Shown here piece by piece: positions 1-9,567 of a stretch of DNA of 64,000 nt (the stretch's first letter is position 1; each line of letters starts with the position of its first letter). Source of the stretch: Nitrospirota bacterium (GTDB lineage: Bacteria; Nitrospirota; UBA9217); the NCBI GenBank assembly GCA_035623825.1, contig DASPSR010000007.1, forward strand, positions 224,603 to 288,602. The letters run 5' to 3'. A model generated the notes under the pieces. That model was not told the DNA's origin. It did no database searches and saw only the letters and a program-made list of their open reading frames with translations. The position numbers were made by a program, and so were the translations under genes.

Positions 1-567
1 ACCGGCTGCTCAGCCATGGCGTCGGCCAAGGCGGGTTACATGACACCTGAGAATGCTATGGAGAACGCCGGCCAGGGCCTTCGTGAGGTCTGCGAAGCCA
101 TCGGTATTCCACCGATACTCCACATGGGATCCTGTGTGGATAACTCGCGCATTTTGACCGTAGCTACGGCGATTGCCGAGGAAGGCGGTCTCGGCGATGA
201 TATCGGCGGACTACCGGCAGTCGGTATCGCGCCCGAGTGGATGAGCGAGAAAGCAATCGCTATCGGCACCTACCTCGTGGCGTCCGGTGTCCCGATCATA
301 TTCGGCGCAGGGTCCCCCGTGAGTGCAAGCAAGACGTTGAAAGATCTAATGGAGAACAAGTGGTGGGACATGGTGAATGCCGGATTCTACTTCGAAGAAG
401 ATCCGGGCAAGATCCTTGAGCTGGCGCTGAAGCTCATCGACACCGCTCGGGAGAAACTGAAGCTCCGCAGGTACGAACCGGGGCGGTTCGGTACGGAACG
501 CGTACTGCTCGATATGGCAGCAAGACGTGCGGGTACGTTTGCCACACCACACGGTGTGGACATCTAA
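1..567 (+). CDS. cooS: Ni-Fe carbon monoxide dehydrogenase catalytic subunit, C-terminal part (5' truncated by window)
   Basis: Motifs HMGSCVDNSR and APEWMSEKA typical of the CooS/AcsA C-terminus; frame open from position 1. Confidence 0.9.
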   Translation, partial: TGCSAMASAKAGYMTPENAMENAGQGLREVCEAIGIPPILHMGSCVDNSRILTVATAIAEEGGLGDDIGGLPAVGIAPEWMSEKAIAIGTYLVASGVPIIFGAGSPVSASKTLKDLMENKWWDMVNAGFYFEEDPGKILELALKLIDTAREKLKLRRYEPGRFGTERVLLDMAARRAGTFATPHGVDI

Positions 568-590
568 GGAGAACGATAAGCATTGTCTCA

Positions 591-619
591 AGGAGAGGCC
601 TTCGCGCCTCTCTTTTTTT
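591..619 (+). terminator. Rho-independent terminator after cooS
   Basis: GAGAGGC-cttcgc-GCCTCTC followed by a 7-T run. Confidence 0.85.
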
Positions 620-680
620 ATGGTGCGCGCTTCTGGAAAGATAATTTTTTTATCACGAGAGCGCCCATATTACCGTATTG

Positions 681-702
681 ATTTGTGACGCACATCACAA
701 TT
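681..702. promoter_or_regulatory. CRP-family binding site
   Basis: ATT-TGTGA-cgcaca-TCACA-ATT; exact TGTGA-N6-TCACA at 684-699. Confidence 0.6.
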
Positions 703-828
703 CCCGGACCCCTCTCCCTGCAATGCAAGGGAGGAGCTTCCGGCCTCCCCCATATTTAGTGCCTTTCCCTCCAGCCGAGCACAACATCTCGTGGGCCTTA
801 AGTTTACTGTAAAAGAGCCGAAAAAAAC

Positions 829-856
829 TTGACAAGCAAGTCTTTTTAAGTATCAT
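829..856 (+). promoter_or_regulatory. sigma70-type promoter of MerR-HTH/pilMNOPQ operon
   Basis: TTGACA (829-834), 16 bp, TATCAT (851-856). Confidence 0.55.
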
Positions 857-908
857 CATAACTATACTTAGTATATCTATTATGCATAAAATATCCAGTG
901 AGGGCATA

Positions 909-1109
909 ATGGTTACACGCAAAAGTCTTAAAAAATACAAAACCAAAGAGATATGCGATCGATTCGATATTTCCCGCGCGACACTCTTCAGATGGGAGAG
1001 CGAAGGTCTCCTTGTGGGTGTCGGACGTGACTGGCGGGGATGGCGCGTGTACGATGACAGAAACCTGAAGAGCATCGAAAGAATTATGAAGAGCAAGAAC
1101 GCCACGTAA
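909..1109 (+). CDS. Small MerR-family HTH DNA-binding protein
   Basis: EICDRFDISRATLFRWESEGLL..RDWRGWRVY MerR winged-HTH pattern; no effector domain. Confidence 0.8.
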   Translation: MVTRKSLKKYKTKEICDRFDISRATLFRWESEGLLVGVGRDWRGWRVYDDRNLKSIERIMKSKNAT

Positions 1110-1136
1110 TGCAGTTTGGGTATTGCCGGAGCAAGA

Positions 1137-2189
1137 ATGCTTTTCTCAAGAAAAATAGAACCGATTGCACTTGACATAGGGTCCTCCTTCATCAAGCTGG
1201 TGCAGTTGAAAGGCTCCAAAGGGGCCTATCAACTCGTCAAGTTCGGCATGGTGCCTCTGCCGCCTGAGGTGATCGTCGAGGGGGCGGTCATGGACGCCGG
1301 CCGCGTCGTTGATGCGATCAAAGAGCTCCTCGCAACGCAGAACGTGAAAACGAAGGAAGTGGTGATATCCGTTTCCGGAAGCTCCGTCATCATCAAGCGC
1401 ATCGCAGTGTCCGATGCTACTGAAGAAGAGCTTGCCGAATCCATCAAATGGGAAGCGGAACAGTACATTCCATTCTCTATCGATGACGTGAACGTGGATT
1501 TCCAGAAACTTGGCCCGGGCGCTGCCGAGGGACAGGCGGACATCCTCCTTGTTGCCGTGAAAAAGGACAAGATAAACGACTATATCAACCTCGTGAAGGA
1601 GGCTGGTCTGGAGCCCGTTGTCATGGATGTTGACGCCTTTGCGCTGGCTAACATGTATGAGCTCAACTATGAAATGAGCGCGGGTATCACCGCGCTTCTT
1701 AATATTGGCGCCTCGGTCATGAATATCAGTATCCTGAAAGACGGTGTGTCAATCTTCACGCGCGACATCACAGTCGGCGGCAACCGCTACACCGAGGCGC
1801 TCCAGAAAGAGTGTGGACTCAGTTATGAGGATGCGGAAAGGGTCAAGCAGGGAGAGGCCGTTGAGGGCGCGGATGCCGAGAACGCCTCGAGCGTGATGTC
1901 ATCGGTGACAGAGGACATAGTGGGTGAGACGCAGCGGTCTTTCGATTTTTTCCGGTCCACAACGGGAAGCGACAGCGTTGCGCGGGTGCTGGTATCAGGC
2001 GGATGCGCGCGAATCAAAAATTTTACGAACGCACTTTCCGAGCGAATAGGAATCCCCGTGGAGATCACGAACCCATTCAAGAACGTCAAGGTCGACCCTA
2101 AGCGGTTTAATCCGGCAGCCCTACAGGAGGCAGGACCCCAGTGCGCCGTGGCGGTAGGACTTGCGATAAGGAGGCCTGGAGACCGATGA
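1137..2189 (+). CDS. pilM: Type IV pilus assembly protein PilM
   Basis: LDIGSSFIK actin-like fold, WEAEQYIPF, C-terminal AVAVGLAIR; operon order. Confidence 0.95.
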   Translation: MLFSRKIEPIALDIGSSFIKLVQLKGSKGAYQLVKFGMVPLPPEVIVEGAVMDAGRVVDAIKELLATQNVKTKEVVISVSGSSVIIKRIAVSDATEEELAESIKWEAEQYIPFSIDDVNVDFQKLGPGAAEGQADILLVAVKKDKINDYINLVKEAGLEPVVMDVDAFALANMYELNYEMSAGITALLNIGASVMNISILKDGVSIFTRDITVGGNRYTEALQKECGLSYEDAERVKQGEAVEGADAENASSVMSSVTEDIVGETQRSFDFFRSTTGSDSVARVLVSGGCARIKNFTNALSERIGIPVEITNPFKNVKVDPKRFNPAALQEAGPQCAVAVGLAIRRPGDR

Positions 2190-2734
2190 TCACGATTAAT
2201 CTCCTACCCACCAAACGCAAACCGCCAAAAAAAATAACCGAGCTTCAGCAGCAAATTGTTCTCGGCATGCTGATTTTGGTCCTCACGGGGATCGGCTTTT
2301 TGTACTTCTGGACCCAGCTGAACAGCCGTATTGAGAGGCTGCAGCGGGACAATGAAGCCGCGGAGGCCCGGGTTCGCGAACAGGACAACATGCTCAAGGA
2401 AGTACAAACCGTCGAGGAAGAAAGGAAAAAGGTTGCTGACAAGATCGGGGTCATCGAACAGCTGAAAAAAAACCAGAGCAGTCTTGTCCGGCTTCTAGAC
2501 GAGGTTAGCAAGGCACTGCCGCTGGGCGTGAACCTGACATCGCTGTCTGAGTCGAGCGGTCAAGTAAACGTTGAAGGCACAGCTTTCACAAATAACGATA
2601 TCGTCAGATTTGTAGATAACCTGAAGGCGTCACCGCTATTGACGGACGTCTTCTTGCTGGAATCAGCACAGGCCGCACAAGAGGGAGTTGAAATCTATAA
2701 ATATAAGCTGAAGTTAGTTTTCAAGGGAGCGTAA
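2186..2734 (+). CDS. pilN: Type IV pilus assembly protein PilN
   Basis: INLLP motif, TM, coiled coil; ATGA overlap with pilM. Confidence 0.95.
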   Translation: MITINLLPTKRKPPKKITELQQQIVLGMLILVLTGIGFLYFWTQLNSRIERLQRDNEAAEARVREQDNMLKEVQTVEEERKKVADKIGVIEQLKKNQSSLVRLLDEVSKALPLGVNLTSLSESSGQVNVEGTAFTNNDIVRFVDNLKASPLLTDVFLLESAQAAQEGVEIYKYKLKLVFKGA

Positions 2735-3372
2735 TGGCGCAGGCTATAGCCATAGACAAAATCGCGGTTCAGATACAGAAAATCCCGTCGAAGACGAGAG
2801 TGGTGGGATTTTTTGCTTTTTTGGGCGTTCTCGTGATCCTCTTTATCTGGCAGGTCCACATCCCCAAGAAGACGCAGATCAGGCAGCTCGAGAAGGATAT
2901 CGCCGTAGTCCAGGCAAAGATAAATGACAACGACGCGAAGATCAGGAGACTCGATGAGCTCAAGGCTGAAGTGAAGTCGCTCGAGAGGAAGCTGCAGGTG
3001 CTAACGGAACAACTCCCTCCGGGAACCGAGGTTTCCGGATTGCTGCGGCAGATACAGAACCTCGTGAGCCAGTCGGGCCTCTCGCTCAAACTTTGGAGGC
3101 CGGAAACACGGAAGGTGCATCCAAGCGGGTTATACGAAGAAATTCCCATCACCATGGAGCTTGACGGCGGGTACCATAATTTGGCATCATTCTTCGACCA
3201 AGTGAGCAAACTGACGAGGATCGTAAACATGCTGAACCTCAAAATGGGTTCTGCGACGATCAGTAAATCGGGGAACACGGCGATAAAGATAAACTGTACA
3301 GCCATGACCTTTGCGGCAGTGGAGAAAAAACCTGATGTGGCATCGGGACCAGCAACCCAGAAAGCAAAATAG
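2734..3372 (+). CDS. pilO: Type IV pilus assembly protein PilO
   Basis: TM + coiled coil, LP..TEVSGLL, YEEIPI...GGYH..F..V.KL.RIVN. Confidence 0.93.
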   Translation: MAQAIAIDKIAVQIQKIPSKTRVVGFFAFLGVLVILFIWQVHIPKKTQIRQLEKDIAVVQAKINDNDAKIRRLDELKAEVKSLERKLQVLTEQLPPGTEVSGLLRQIQNLVSQSGLSLKLWRPETRKVHPSGLYEEIPITMELDGGYHNLASFFDQVSKLTRIVNMLNLKMGSATISKSGNTAIKINCTAMTFAAVEKKPDVASGPATQKAK

Positions 3373-3901
3373 CGGGCGTCTTGCCCGTGCTGCAGTGCTC
3401 CTGGCAGGGGCAATGATCGCGCTCGCCGGCTGTCCCGAGACGCAAAAGGCTCCGACAAAGCCTGCGACCCAGCCGGTGCAGAAGCAGCCCATCGTCTCAG
3501 CCCCGACCAGGACGGAGATTGCAAAGACTGAAGAAAGGCCCGAGCGGGCATATACCTATAATCCGACCGGCAGGAGTGACCCCTTTGCGCCCATTATCGT
3601 TAAGGAAGGCAGTAAAGGGAAAGGGGGAGACCGTCCACCTCTGGAGCGGTACAACCTGAGCGAGTTCAAGCTTACGGGGATCGTCTGGGGCGGTTTTGGT
3701 TACAATGCGATGCTTGAAGGTCCGGATGGAAAAGGCTATTTTGTCCGAGTCGGCACCATTGTCGGTCCCAATCGCGGGGTTGTGAAGAAAATTACGCAGA
3801 ACACCATGGTTGTCGAGGAAAAGTACAAAACATACACGGGAGAAACCGAACGCAAGGAGATTGTAGTCGAACTCCGGAAAAAACAGGAGGAGACCCCATG
3901 A
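3335..3901 (+). CDS. pilP: Type IV pilus assembly lipoprotein PilP (start uncertain)
   Basis: Lipobox LAGC, Y.P.GRSDPF, PLERY.L...KL.GI. Confidence 0.9.
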   Translation: MWHRDQQPRKQNSGRLARAAVLLAGAMIALAGCPETQKAPTKPATQPVQKQPIVSAPTRTEIAKTEERPERAYTYNPTGRSDPFAPIIVKEGSKGKGGDRPPLERYNLSEFKLTGIVWGGFGYNAMLEGPDGKGYFVRVGTIVGPNRGVVKKITQNTMVVEEKYKTYTGETERKEIVVELRKKQEETP

Positions 3902-6216
3902 AGTATTCTCAACCACGCAGCATTATCTGGTTGATGATCCTCATTTTGCCCATACTGCTGATGCACGGCTGCGCCGCAAAATCGCCGACTGCAGGGGTGC
4001 AACAGGGTCCGTCGGTTGTCATTAACAGTATTGAACCCCGCGATGAGGGCGGCAAGACCGAGATCGACATCGAAGGGGCCGAGCCCATCCAGCAATACAC
4101 ATCGTTCCAGCTTACCGAGCCGCTCAGACTGGTGGTGGACATTTCGGACGCCGACATCAAAAAATTCCATGAAAAGATAAGCGTGAACAAAGGGGCGATT
4201 TTGGACATCACTCCGAGCCAAGTGGACAATATCGCGCGGCTCGAAATCGCGCTCACTCAGACAGTCGACACGAAGCTCTATCAAGCGGGCGGAAAGTTGA
4301 TTATCGAAATCGCCAAGCCCTCCGAGGTCGTTAAGGCCGAGCCTGGAGCGGTCAAACCGGCACCTCTGACTGCTGAACAGGCCACGCCGACGCCAGAGAA
4401 GCCCACGGAAGAAAAACCTGTTGTTGAGAAACCGGAGAAGGGCACAGCAACGATCGTTACCGCGGTCAAGGCGACTGCGGGCAAAGACGGGGTCAAGGTG
4501 GTCATTTCCGCGAACGGCACGATCGTGCCGAGCACATTCATGGTAGAGGGGAAGAAGCTCGTCATCGACATCCCTGGGACCATGAGCAAGGTCAAACCAA
4601 GTGTCGTCCCCGTACGGAAAGGAGGACTCGACAGGGTCCGCATAGGCCAGCACGCTGCGCCCGACCAGAAGGTACGCGTGGTGCTCGACCTGACCAAGCC
4701 GATGGACTACACGACGAAGTCTGAGGGAAATACCATCATCATTGCCATGACCCCCGCGCCCAAAACCGAAGAAAAAGCCCCGCAGGAGAAGGCGGCCCCC
4801 ATGGAGCCTGAAAAAGCACCATCAGCGGAAAAGGAAGTAATGCCACCCGCGCTGGAAGCGGAGGCGGTACCTGCACCACCGGCTAAGAACGCAGAGGTCA
4901 GGCGGACCGAACCCGCAGAAGCAGGCGCTTCTTCCCTTATTGGCGGGGGGGCTTACTCCGGACGGAGGATCTCCCTCGACCTGCAGGACGCAGATCTGGT
5001 GAATGTGTTGAGGCTCTTTGCCGAGGTAGCGAACATCAACATGATCCTCTCTCCCGATGTCAAGGGAAAGGTGACCGTACGTATGGTCAATATCCCTTGG
5101 GACCAGGCCATGGATATCATTCTCAAGATGAACGGCCTGGGATATGCGCTTGAGGACAACGTTCTGCGGATCGCTTCTGTCGCGTCCCTGACCAAGGAGG
5201 CCGAGGACGAGTCGAAGGCCAAGGAAGCCAAGAAGAGGGCGGAAGACCTTGTTACCCGCATCGTTTCGATCAATTACGCAAAGGCGAGGGAGGTCGATCC
5301 CACTCTCAAAAAATCCCTCTCACCCCGCGGTGAAACCGTGGTCGATGAGCGGACTAATACTATAATTATCAAGGACATTCCGCGAAACGTGGATGAAATC
5401 GTGACCCTGGTAAAAATCCTGGACAAACCCATTGCCCAAGTCATGATCGAGTCGAGGATCGTTCAGGCCTCGACCAACTTCACCCGCGATATCGGCGTCC
5501 AGTGGGGAGGGACCTCGTTCCACGACGCTGCGCACGGAAATCCGACCGGCTTGAGCTTCCCCAACTCAGTCAACGTGACCGGCGGGCCTACTATGGGGAC
5601 GACGCCGTCAGGTTCCGGCAACTTTCTCGTGAACCTCCCTGCTGCGGTATCTCAGGGATCAGGCGGAGCAGTAGGATTCACCTTAGGCTCTCTCAATAAG
5701 GCCTTGAATCTCGACCTTATCCTCTCAGCCATGGAATCTCAAGGTGAAGGCAAAGTCATTTCATCGCCGCGCGTGAGCGCTCTCGACAACAAAGAGGCGA
5801 AGATCGAGCAGGGTCAGTCGATCCCCTACCAGACAACATCGGCTACAGGAACCCAGGTGCAGTTCATTGACGCCGTTGTTCGCTTGACTGTTACACCCCA
5901 TGTCACACCAGATAACAAGATCTTCATGAAGATCGTCGCCACCCGAAACGCACCTGACACATCGCTCCTCGGGGCAGGTGGACAGCCGTCAATCTCCAAG
6001 AACGAGGCCACAACAGAGATTCTCCTCTCCGACGGCGAGACTGCGGTGATCGGCGGTATCCTTGTCATCGACCGCGGCTATACGATCCAAAAGGTCCCAT
6101 TCTTTGGTGATCTTCCGCTCATCGGATGGCTCTTTAGAGAGAAGAGTTCGAGGGACAACAAGACGGAGCTGCTTATCTTTATAACCCCGAAGATCATCAA
6201 GCAGGAGGCTATTTAA
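3898..6216 (+). CDS. pilQ: Type IV pilus secretin PilQ with two AMIN-like domains
   Basis: YSGRRISLDLQDAD, secretin C-terminus KVPFFGDLPLIGWLF...ELLIFITPKI. Confidence 0.95.
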   Translation: MKYSQPRSIIWLMILILPILLMHGCAAKSPTAGVQQGPSVVINSIEPRDEGGKTEIDIEGAEPIQQYTSFQLTEPLRLVVDISDADIKKFHEKISVNKGAILDITPSQVDNIARLEIALTQTVDTKLYQAGGKLIIEIAKPSEVVKAEPGAVKPAPLTAEQATPTPEKPTEEKPVVEKPEKGTATIVTAVKATAGKDGVKVVISANGTIVPSTFMVEGKKLVIDIPGTMSKVKPSVVPVRKGGLDRVRIGQHAAPDQKVRVVLDLTKPMDYTTKSEGNTIIIAMTPAPKTEEKAPQEKAAPMEPEKAPSAEKEVMPPALEAEAVPAPPAKNAEVRRTEPAEAGASSLIGGGAYSGRRISLDLQDADLVNVLRLFAEVANINMILSPDVKGKVTVRMVNIPWDQAMDIILKMNGLGYALEDNVLRIASVASLTKEAEDESKAKEAKKRAEDLVTRIVSINYAKAREVDPTLKKSLSPRGETVVDERTNTIIIKDIPRNVDEIVTLVKILDKPIAQVMIESRIVQASTNFTRDIGVQWGGTSFHDAAHGNPTGLSFPNSVNVTGGPTMGTTPSGSGNFLVNLPAAVSQGSGGAVGFTLGSLNKALNLDLILSAMESQGEGKVISSPRVSALDNKEAKIEQGQSIPYQTTSATGTQVQFIDAVVRLTVTPHVTPDNKIFMKIVATRNAPDTSLLGAGGQPSISKNEATTEILLSDGETAVIGGILVIDRGYTIQKVPFFGDLPLIGWLFREKSSRDNKTELLIFITPKIIKQEAI

Positions 6217-6422
6217 CAGGATTTGCTCGCTTCAGTGTGCATTGGTGAAAAATGCTGCGATTTGCCGTAGCAAGGCTAGCACTATGTAAACAAGGAACTC
6301 AGGCGGTTTGCACAAACCGCAGGCATATTGGTAGCCGATACTGTAAAAATCATGGTGTTATGACGGTGGTGGTGCTTCACGTAATTTGATTTCTTGAGAG
6401 ATGTTGCGAGGAGGTTGGATCG

Positions 6423-6908
6423 ATGAAACTGACCATAAAACAGAAGCAGACCGTGATTCTTACCCTGCTTTTCGTCCTGATTTTGATAACTCTGGCACAG
6501 GGATGCGGAAGTGAAAGTAATTCTAATAACTGTACCGCCCCGGCCGGGTCAAAAATAACAATATCTCCCGCAAGCTCGACGATTAGCACAGGTGGTGTTG
6601 GTCTTTTCCAGCCAACAAACCTTAATTGGCTAGTCACTGTGGATTACCCTGACGGCACGGTTATGCCAAAAGCATGCATCACGGTAATTGGAACATTTGC
6701 GGTCCCGAACGGGTATGGGCTCTACCAGTTTTTCACCGGACCCAACAGCACTGGCGTAGCTGTCAATTCGGGGTTTAGCGCCCAGTCGGATGACTTCGGC
6801 CAATACACGTTTTCAACACTACTCACCGCTGGAACTGGTACGTGGACTGACACTCTTTATGTTCAATCCGGTACGAATCAAGGAAGTGCGACAATAACAG
6901 TAAATTAG
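6423..6908 (+). CDS. Hypothetical beta-rich (Ig-like) lipoprotein
   Basis: SD GAGGAGG, signal peptide ending LAQGC, Thr/Gly/Ser-rich beta-strand pattern. Confidence 0.7.
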   Translation: MKLTIKQKQTVILTLLFVLILITLAQGCGSESNSNNCTAPAGSKITISPASSTISTGGVGLFQPTNLNWLVTVDYPDGTVMPKACITVIGTFAVPNGYGLYQFFTGPNSTGVAVNSGFSAQSDDFGQYTFSTLLTAGTGTWTDTLYVQSGTNQGSATITVN

Positions 6909-7121
6909 GATTGTTCGTTTGTCCATCATTTTGCATCAGGGGTATGTAATAATTCTGGTATTTAAGAAGTTTCTGTAAACACTGCCGGCATATTGCGGTT
7001 AAACCATTTTTTGCAACAGTGCAGATCGGCACATGTTCTGTACAAGATACGTAAGCCATATCGCTGTGATTCATGCCAGCACCTTCCATATAACAACGTA
7101 CTTTTTGTAAACCCGCAACTG

Positions 7122-7811
7122 ATGCATAGCCTTAAACAACGCATATTACACGCCCTCGAGTCGAACGATCTGGATGCCGTTGTCTCGCTGGTAAAGAATG
7201 AGAGAAGGTCGCTGAGCATACTTGTGCGCATCTCGTACGATAAGGAAACTCTTGCTGCATGGCGAGCGATCAAGGCAGTCGGACTAGCGGCGAAGGAGAT
7301 CATAAAAACGGATGACGGATTTCTGCGCGAGGCGGTGCGCAAGCTCCTCTGGTCTCTTTCGGACGAGTCCGGCGGCATCGGCTGGTCCGCGCCCGAGCTG
7401 CTCGGCGAGATCGTGAGCGCCGACCCGAAAAGGTTTAGCGACATTATCCCGCTCATTGCGCAGGTCTATGAGATCGAAGAAGAGGTGTTCAGGCCAGGTG
7501 TGGTGTACGCCCTCGCCCGGATCGCGGAGGCCGATCCTGAGCAAATCGCAGTCTATCAGGAAATAGTTGTGAAGTCGTTGGCTGATAAGAATCCTCTGCT
7601 CAATTTATACGGGCTTCAGCTTGTGGAAAGGTTGTGGCAGCCGGCAATCCGCGAAAACTTATGGAATCCTGAATATATCGGAATGGTGATGAACCTTATT
7701 GAAAAAATAACCACATATAAAGAAGTGGAATGGATATATAAAAATGAAGGATTTATTAGCTGTCAAGTGGGAGACATGGCAAAAAAAATACATAAATATA
7801 TATCTCAATAA
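7122..7811 (+). CDS. ARM/HEAT-like protein (DVU0298-like family)
   Basis: Motif LLWSLSDESGGIGWSAPELLGEI; helical repeats; start uncertain. Confidence 0.65.
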   Translation: MHSLKQRILHALESNDLDAVVSLVKNERRSLSILVRISYDKETLAAWRAIKAVGLAAKEIIKTDDGFLREAVRKLLWSLSDESGGIGWSAPELLGEIVSADPKRFSDIIPLIAQVYEIEEEVFRPGVVYALARIAEADPEQIAVYQEIVVKSLADKNPLLNLYGLQLVERLWQPAIRENLWNPEYIGMVMNLIEKITTYKEVEWIYKNEGFISCQVGDMAKKIHKYISQ

Positions 7812-7848
7812 GATAAAATAGGGCTACTTATTATTTTTTTGCAATAAA

Positions 7849-7878
7849 CTTGACAATGACTGACTAATATTATATAAT
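7849..7878 (+). promoter_or_regulatory. sigma70 promoter overlapped by HAIR-like HspR operator
   Basis: TTGACA (7850-55), 17 bp, TATAAT (7873-78); CTTGACA-N7-ACTAATA resembles HAIR CTTGAGT-N7-ACTCAAG. Confidence 0.7.
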
Positions 7879-7906
7879 ACGCTCACTATAATATTATGGA
7901 GATGCT

Positions 7907-9043
7907 ATGGGGGCGACAACGAAGAGAGATTATTACGAGGTTCTTGGTGTCGGCAGGGGCGCTTCTGAAGCAGACATTAAAAAGGCATTTAGAAAACTTG
8001 CACGGAAGCATCATCCCGATGTCAATCCTGGCGATAAGACCGCAGAACAAAAATTCAAGGAGATAAATGAAGCCTACGAGGTCCTGTCTGACGCCAAGAA
8101 AAGGCAGCAGTACGACCAGTTTGGCCACGCAGCTTTTGAAGCTGGCTTCGGACAAGGTCCTAGTGGCTCCGGACCTGGATTCGAGGGCTTCGCGCAGGGT
8201 CCGGAATCCTTCAGAGGCGGCGGTTTTGAGGACATCTTTGGCAACATATTCGGCGAACGGGGGGCGAGACAGCGAGGGCCGCGCAGGGGCGAGGATATCA
8301 CCTATACTGTTGAGATCGATCTCGAAGACGCTATATTCGGCAAGACCATGCAGGTTGATCTCCGACGCGATATAACCTGTTCAACGTGCAACGGCACGGG
8401 TTCTCAGCCGGGAACATCTTCCCGCACCTGCCCGACCTGCAAGGGCAGCGGGAGCGTATCGCAGGGCCGGGGGTACTTCTCATTCGAACAACCCTGTCCG
8501 ACCTGCCATGGCGAGGGGAAGATCAATCCGAATCCCTGCAGGGTATGCGGTGGCAGCGGCGTTATTCCAAGATCCGAACGCATAAACGTCAAGATCCCGC
8601 CCGGAGTGGACAACGGGTCAAAGGTTAGGGTTGCGGGCATGGGCGAACCAGGCGAGCGGGGCGGGCCTGCGGGAGACGTCTATATCATAACGAGGGTGAG
8701 GCCGCACTTCTACTTTGAGCGCAAGGGCGATAATCTCTATTCCGAAGCGAACGTGACAGCAAAGGAGGCCGCGCTCGGCGACAAAATAGAAATTCCCACC
8801 GTAGACGGCATGGTGGCACTCACCATCCCTCCAGGCACGCAGTGCGGGCAGCAGCTTAAGCTCAAGGGTAAGGGTGTCCCCCACCTCGGCGGAGGGGGCG
8901 TCGGCGACCACTATGTAACGATAAAGGTGGCCACTCCGACTGGTCTGTCCGAACGGGGCAAAGAGCTGCTTCGCGAGCTAGACCGGCTTCATCCCTCGAA
9001 TCCGAGGTCGGGAACGACGTTCAGAGGGTTCAGAAAGCGATGA
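7907..9043 (+). CDS. dnaJ: Chaperone DnaJ
   Basis: J-domain with HPD, G/F-rich region, four CxxCxGxG repeats. Confidence 0.95.
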   Translation: MGATTKRDYYEVLGVGRGASEADIKKAFRKLARKHHPDVNPGDKTAEQKFKEINEAYEVLSDAKKRQQYDQFGHAAFEAGFGQGPSGSGPGFEGFAQGPESFRGGGFEDIFGNIFGERGARQRGPRRGEDITYTVEIDLEDAIFGKTMQVDLRRDITCSTCNGTGSQPGTSSRTCPTCKGSGSVSQGRGYFSFEQPCPTCHGEGKINPNPCRVCGGSGVIPRSERINVKIPPGVDNGSKVRVAGMGEPGERGGPAGDVYIITRVRPHFYFERKGDNLYSEANVTAKEAALGDKIEIPTVDGMVALTIPPGTQCGQQLKLKGKGVPHLGGGGVGDHYVTIKVATPTGLSERGKELLRELDRLHPSNPRSGTTFRGFRKR

Positions 9044-9109
9044 GTCAGGCTCCTGGGGCGAGGAACAAGTGTCCAGCATCCGGAGATATCGTACGTAACG
9101 GGGTGAATT

Positions 9110-9487
9110 ATGGCTGCACGTGAACACAGACTGTTTATGATCAGCGTGGTTTCCGAAATGCTCGGCATCCATCCGCAGACGCTGAGGCTCTATGAGCGCG
9201 AAGGTTTCATCAAGCCCAAGCGGAGCGTTGGGAACACTCGCCTCTATTCCGAGGAGGACGTGGAAAAGCTCGAGATGATCCTTCGGCTTACACGCGACCT
9301 CGGCGTGAACCTGGCTGGCGTCGAAGTGATCCTCTCGATGCGAAAGAAGATGGAGCAGATGCAGAAGGAGATGGATGAGACCATCATGCAGTTGCATGAG
9401 GATCTCGCACGAGAGATCCGTCGGCGGGAAGAGATAAAGAACGCCCTCGTGCCCGTGAGGAGGATTGTCGTAAGACGAGGAGAATAA
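9110..9487 (+). CDS. hspR: Heat-shock repressor HspR (MerR family)
   Basis: ISVVSEMLGIHPQTLRLYEREG, RLYS..D, LGVNLAGVE; between dnaJ and clpB. Confidence 0.9.
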   Translation: MAAREHRLFMISVVSEMLGIHPQTLRLYEREGFIKPKRSVGNTRLYSEEDVEKLEMILRLTRDLGVNLAGVEVILSMRKKMEQMQKEMDETIMQLHEDLAREIRRREEIKNALVPVRRIVVRRGE

Positions 9488-9567
9488 GGGCGCGGCGCCT
9501 GCAGCATTGAACATCGAATATCGTAGGGGTTTCCCTCGTGCCCTACGCGTGGTTTGAGGAGGTTGCA

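Noticed and set aside
6217-6422. c-di-GMP (GEMM) riboswitch
   Set aside because: Hairpins present but conserved GEMM motifs not recognised.
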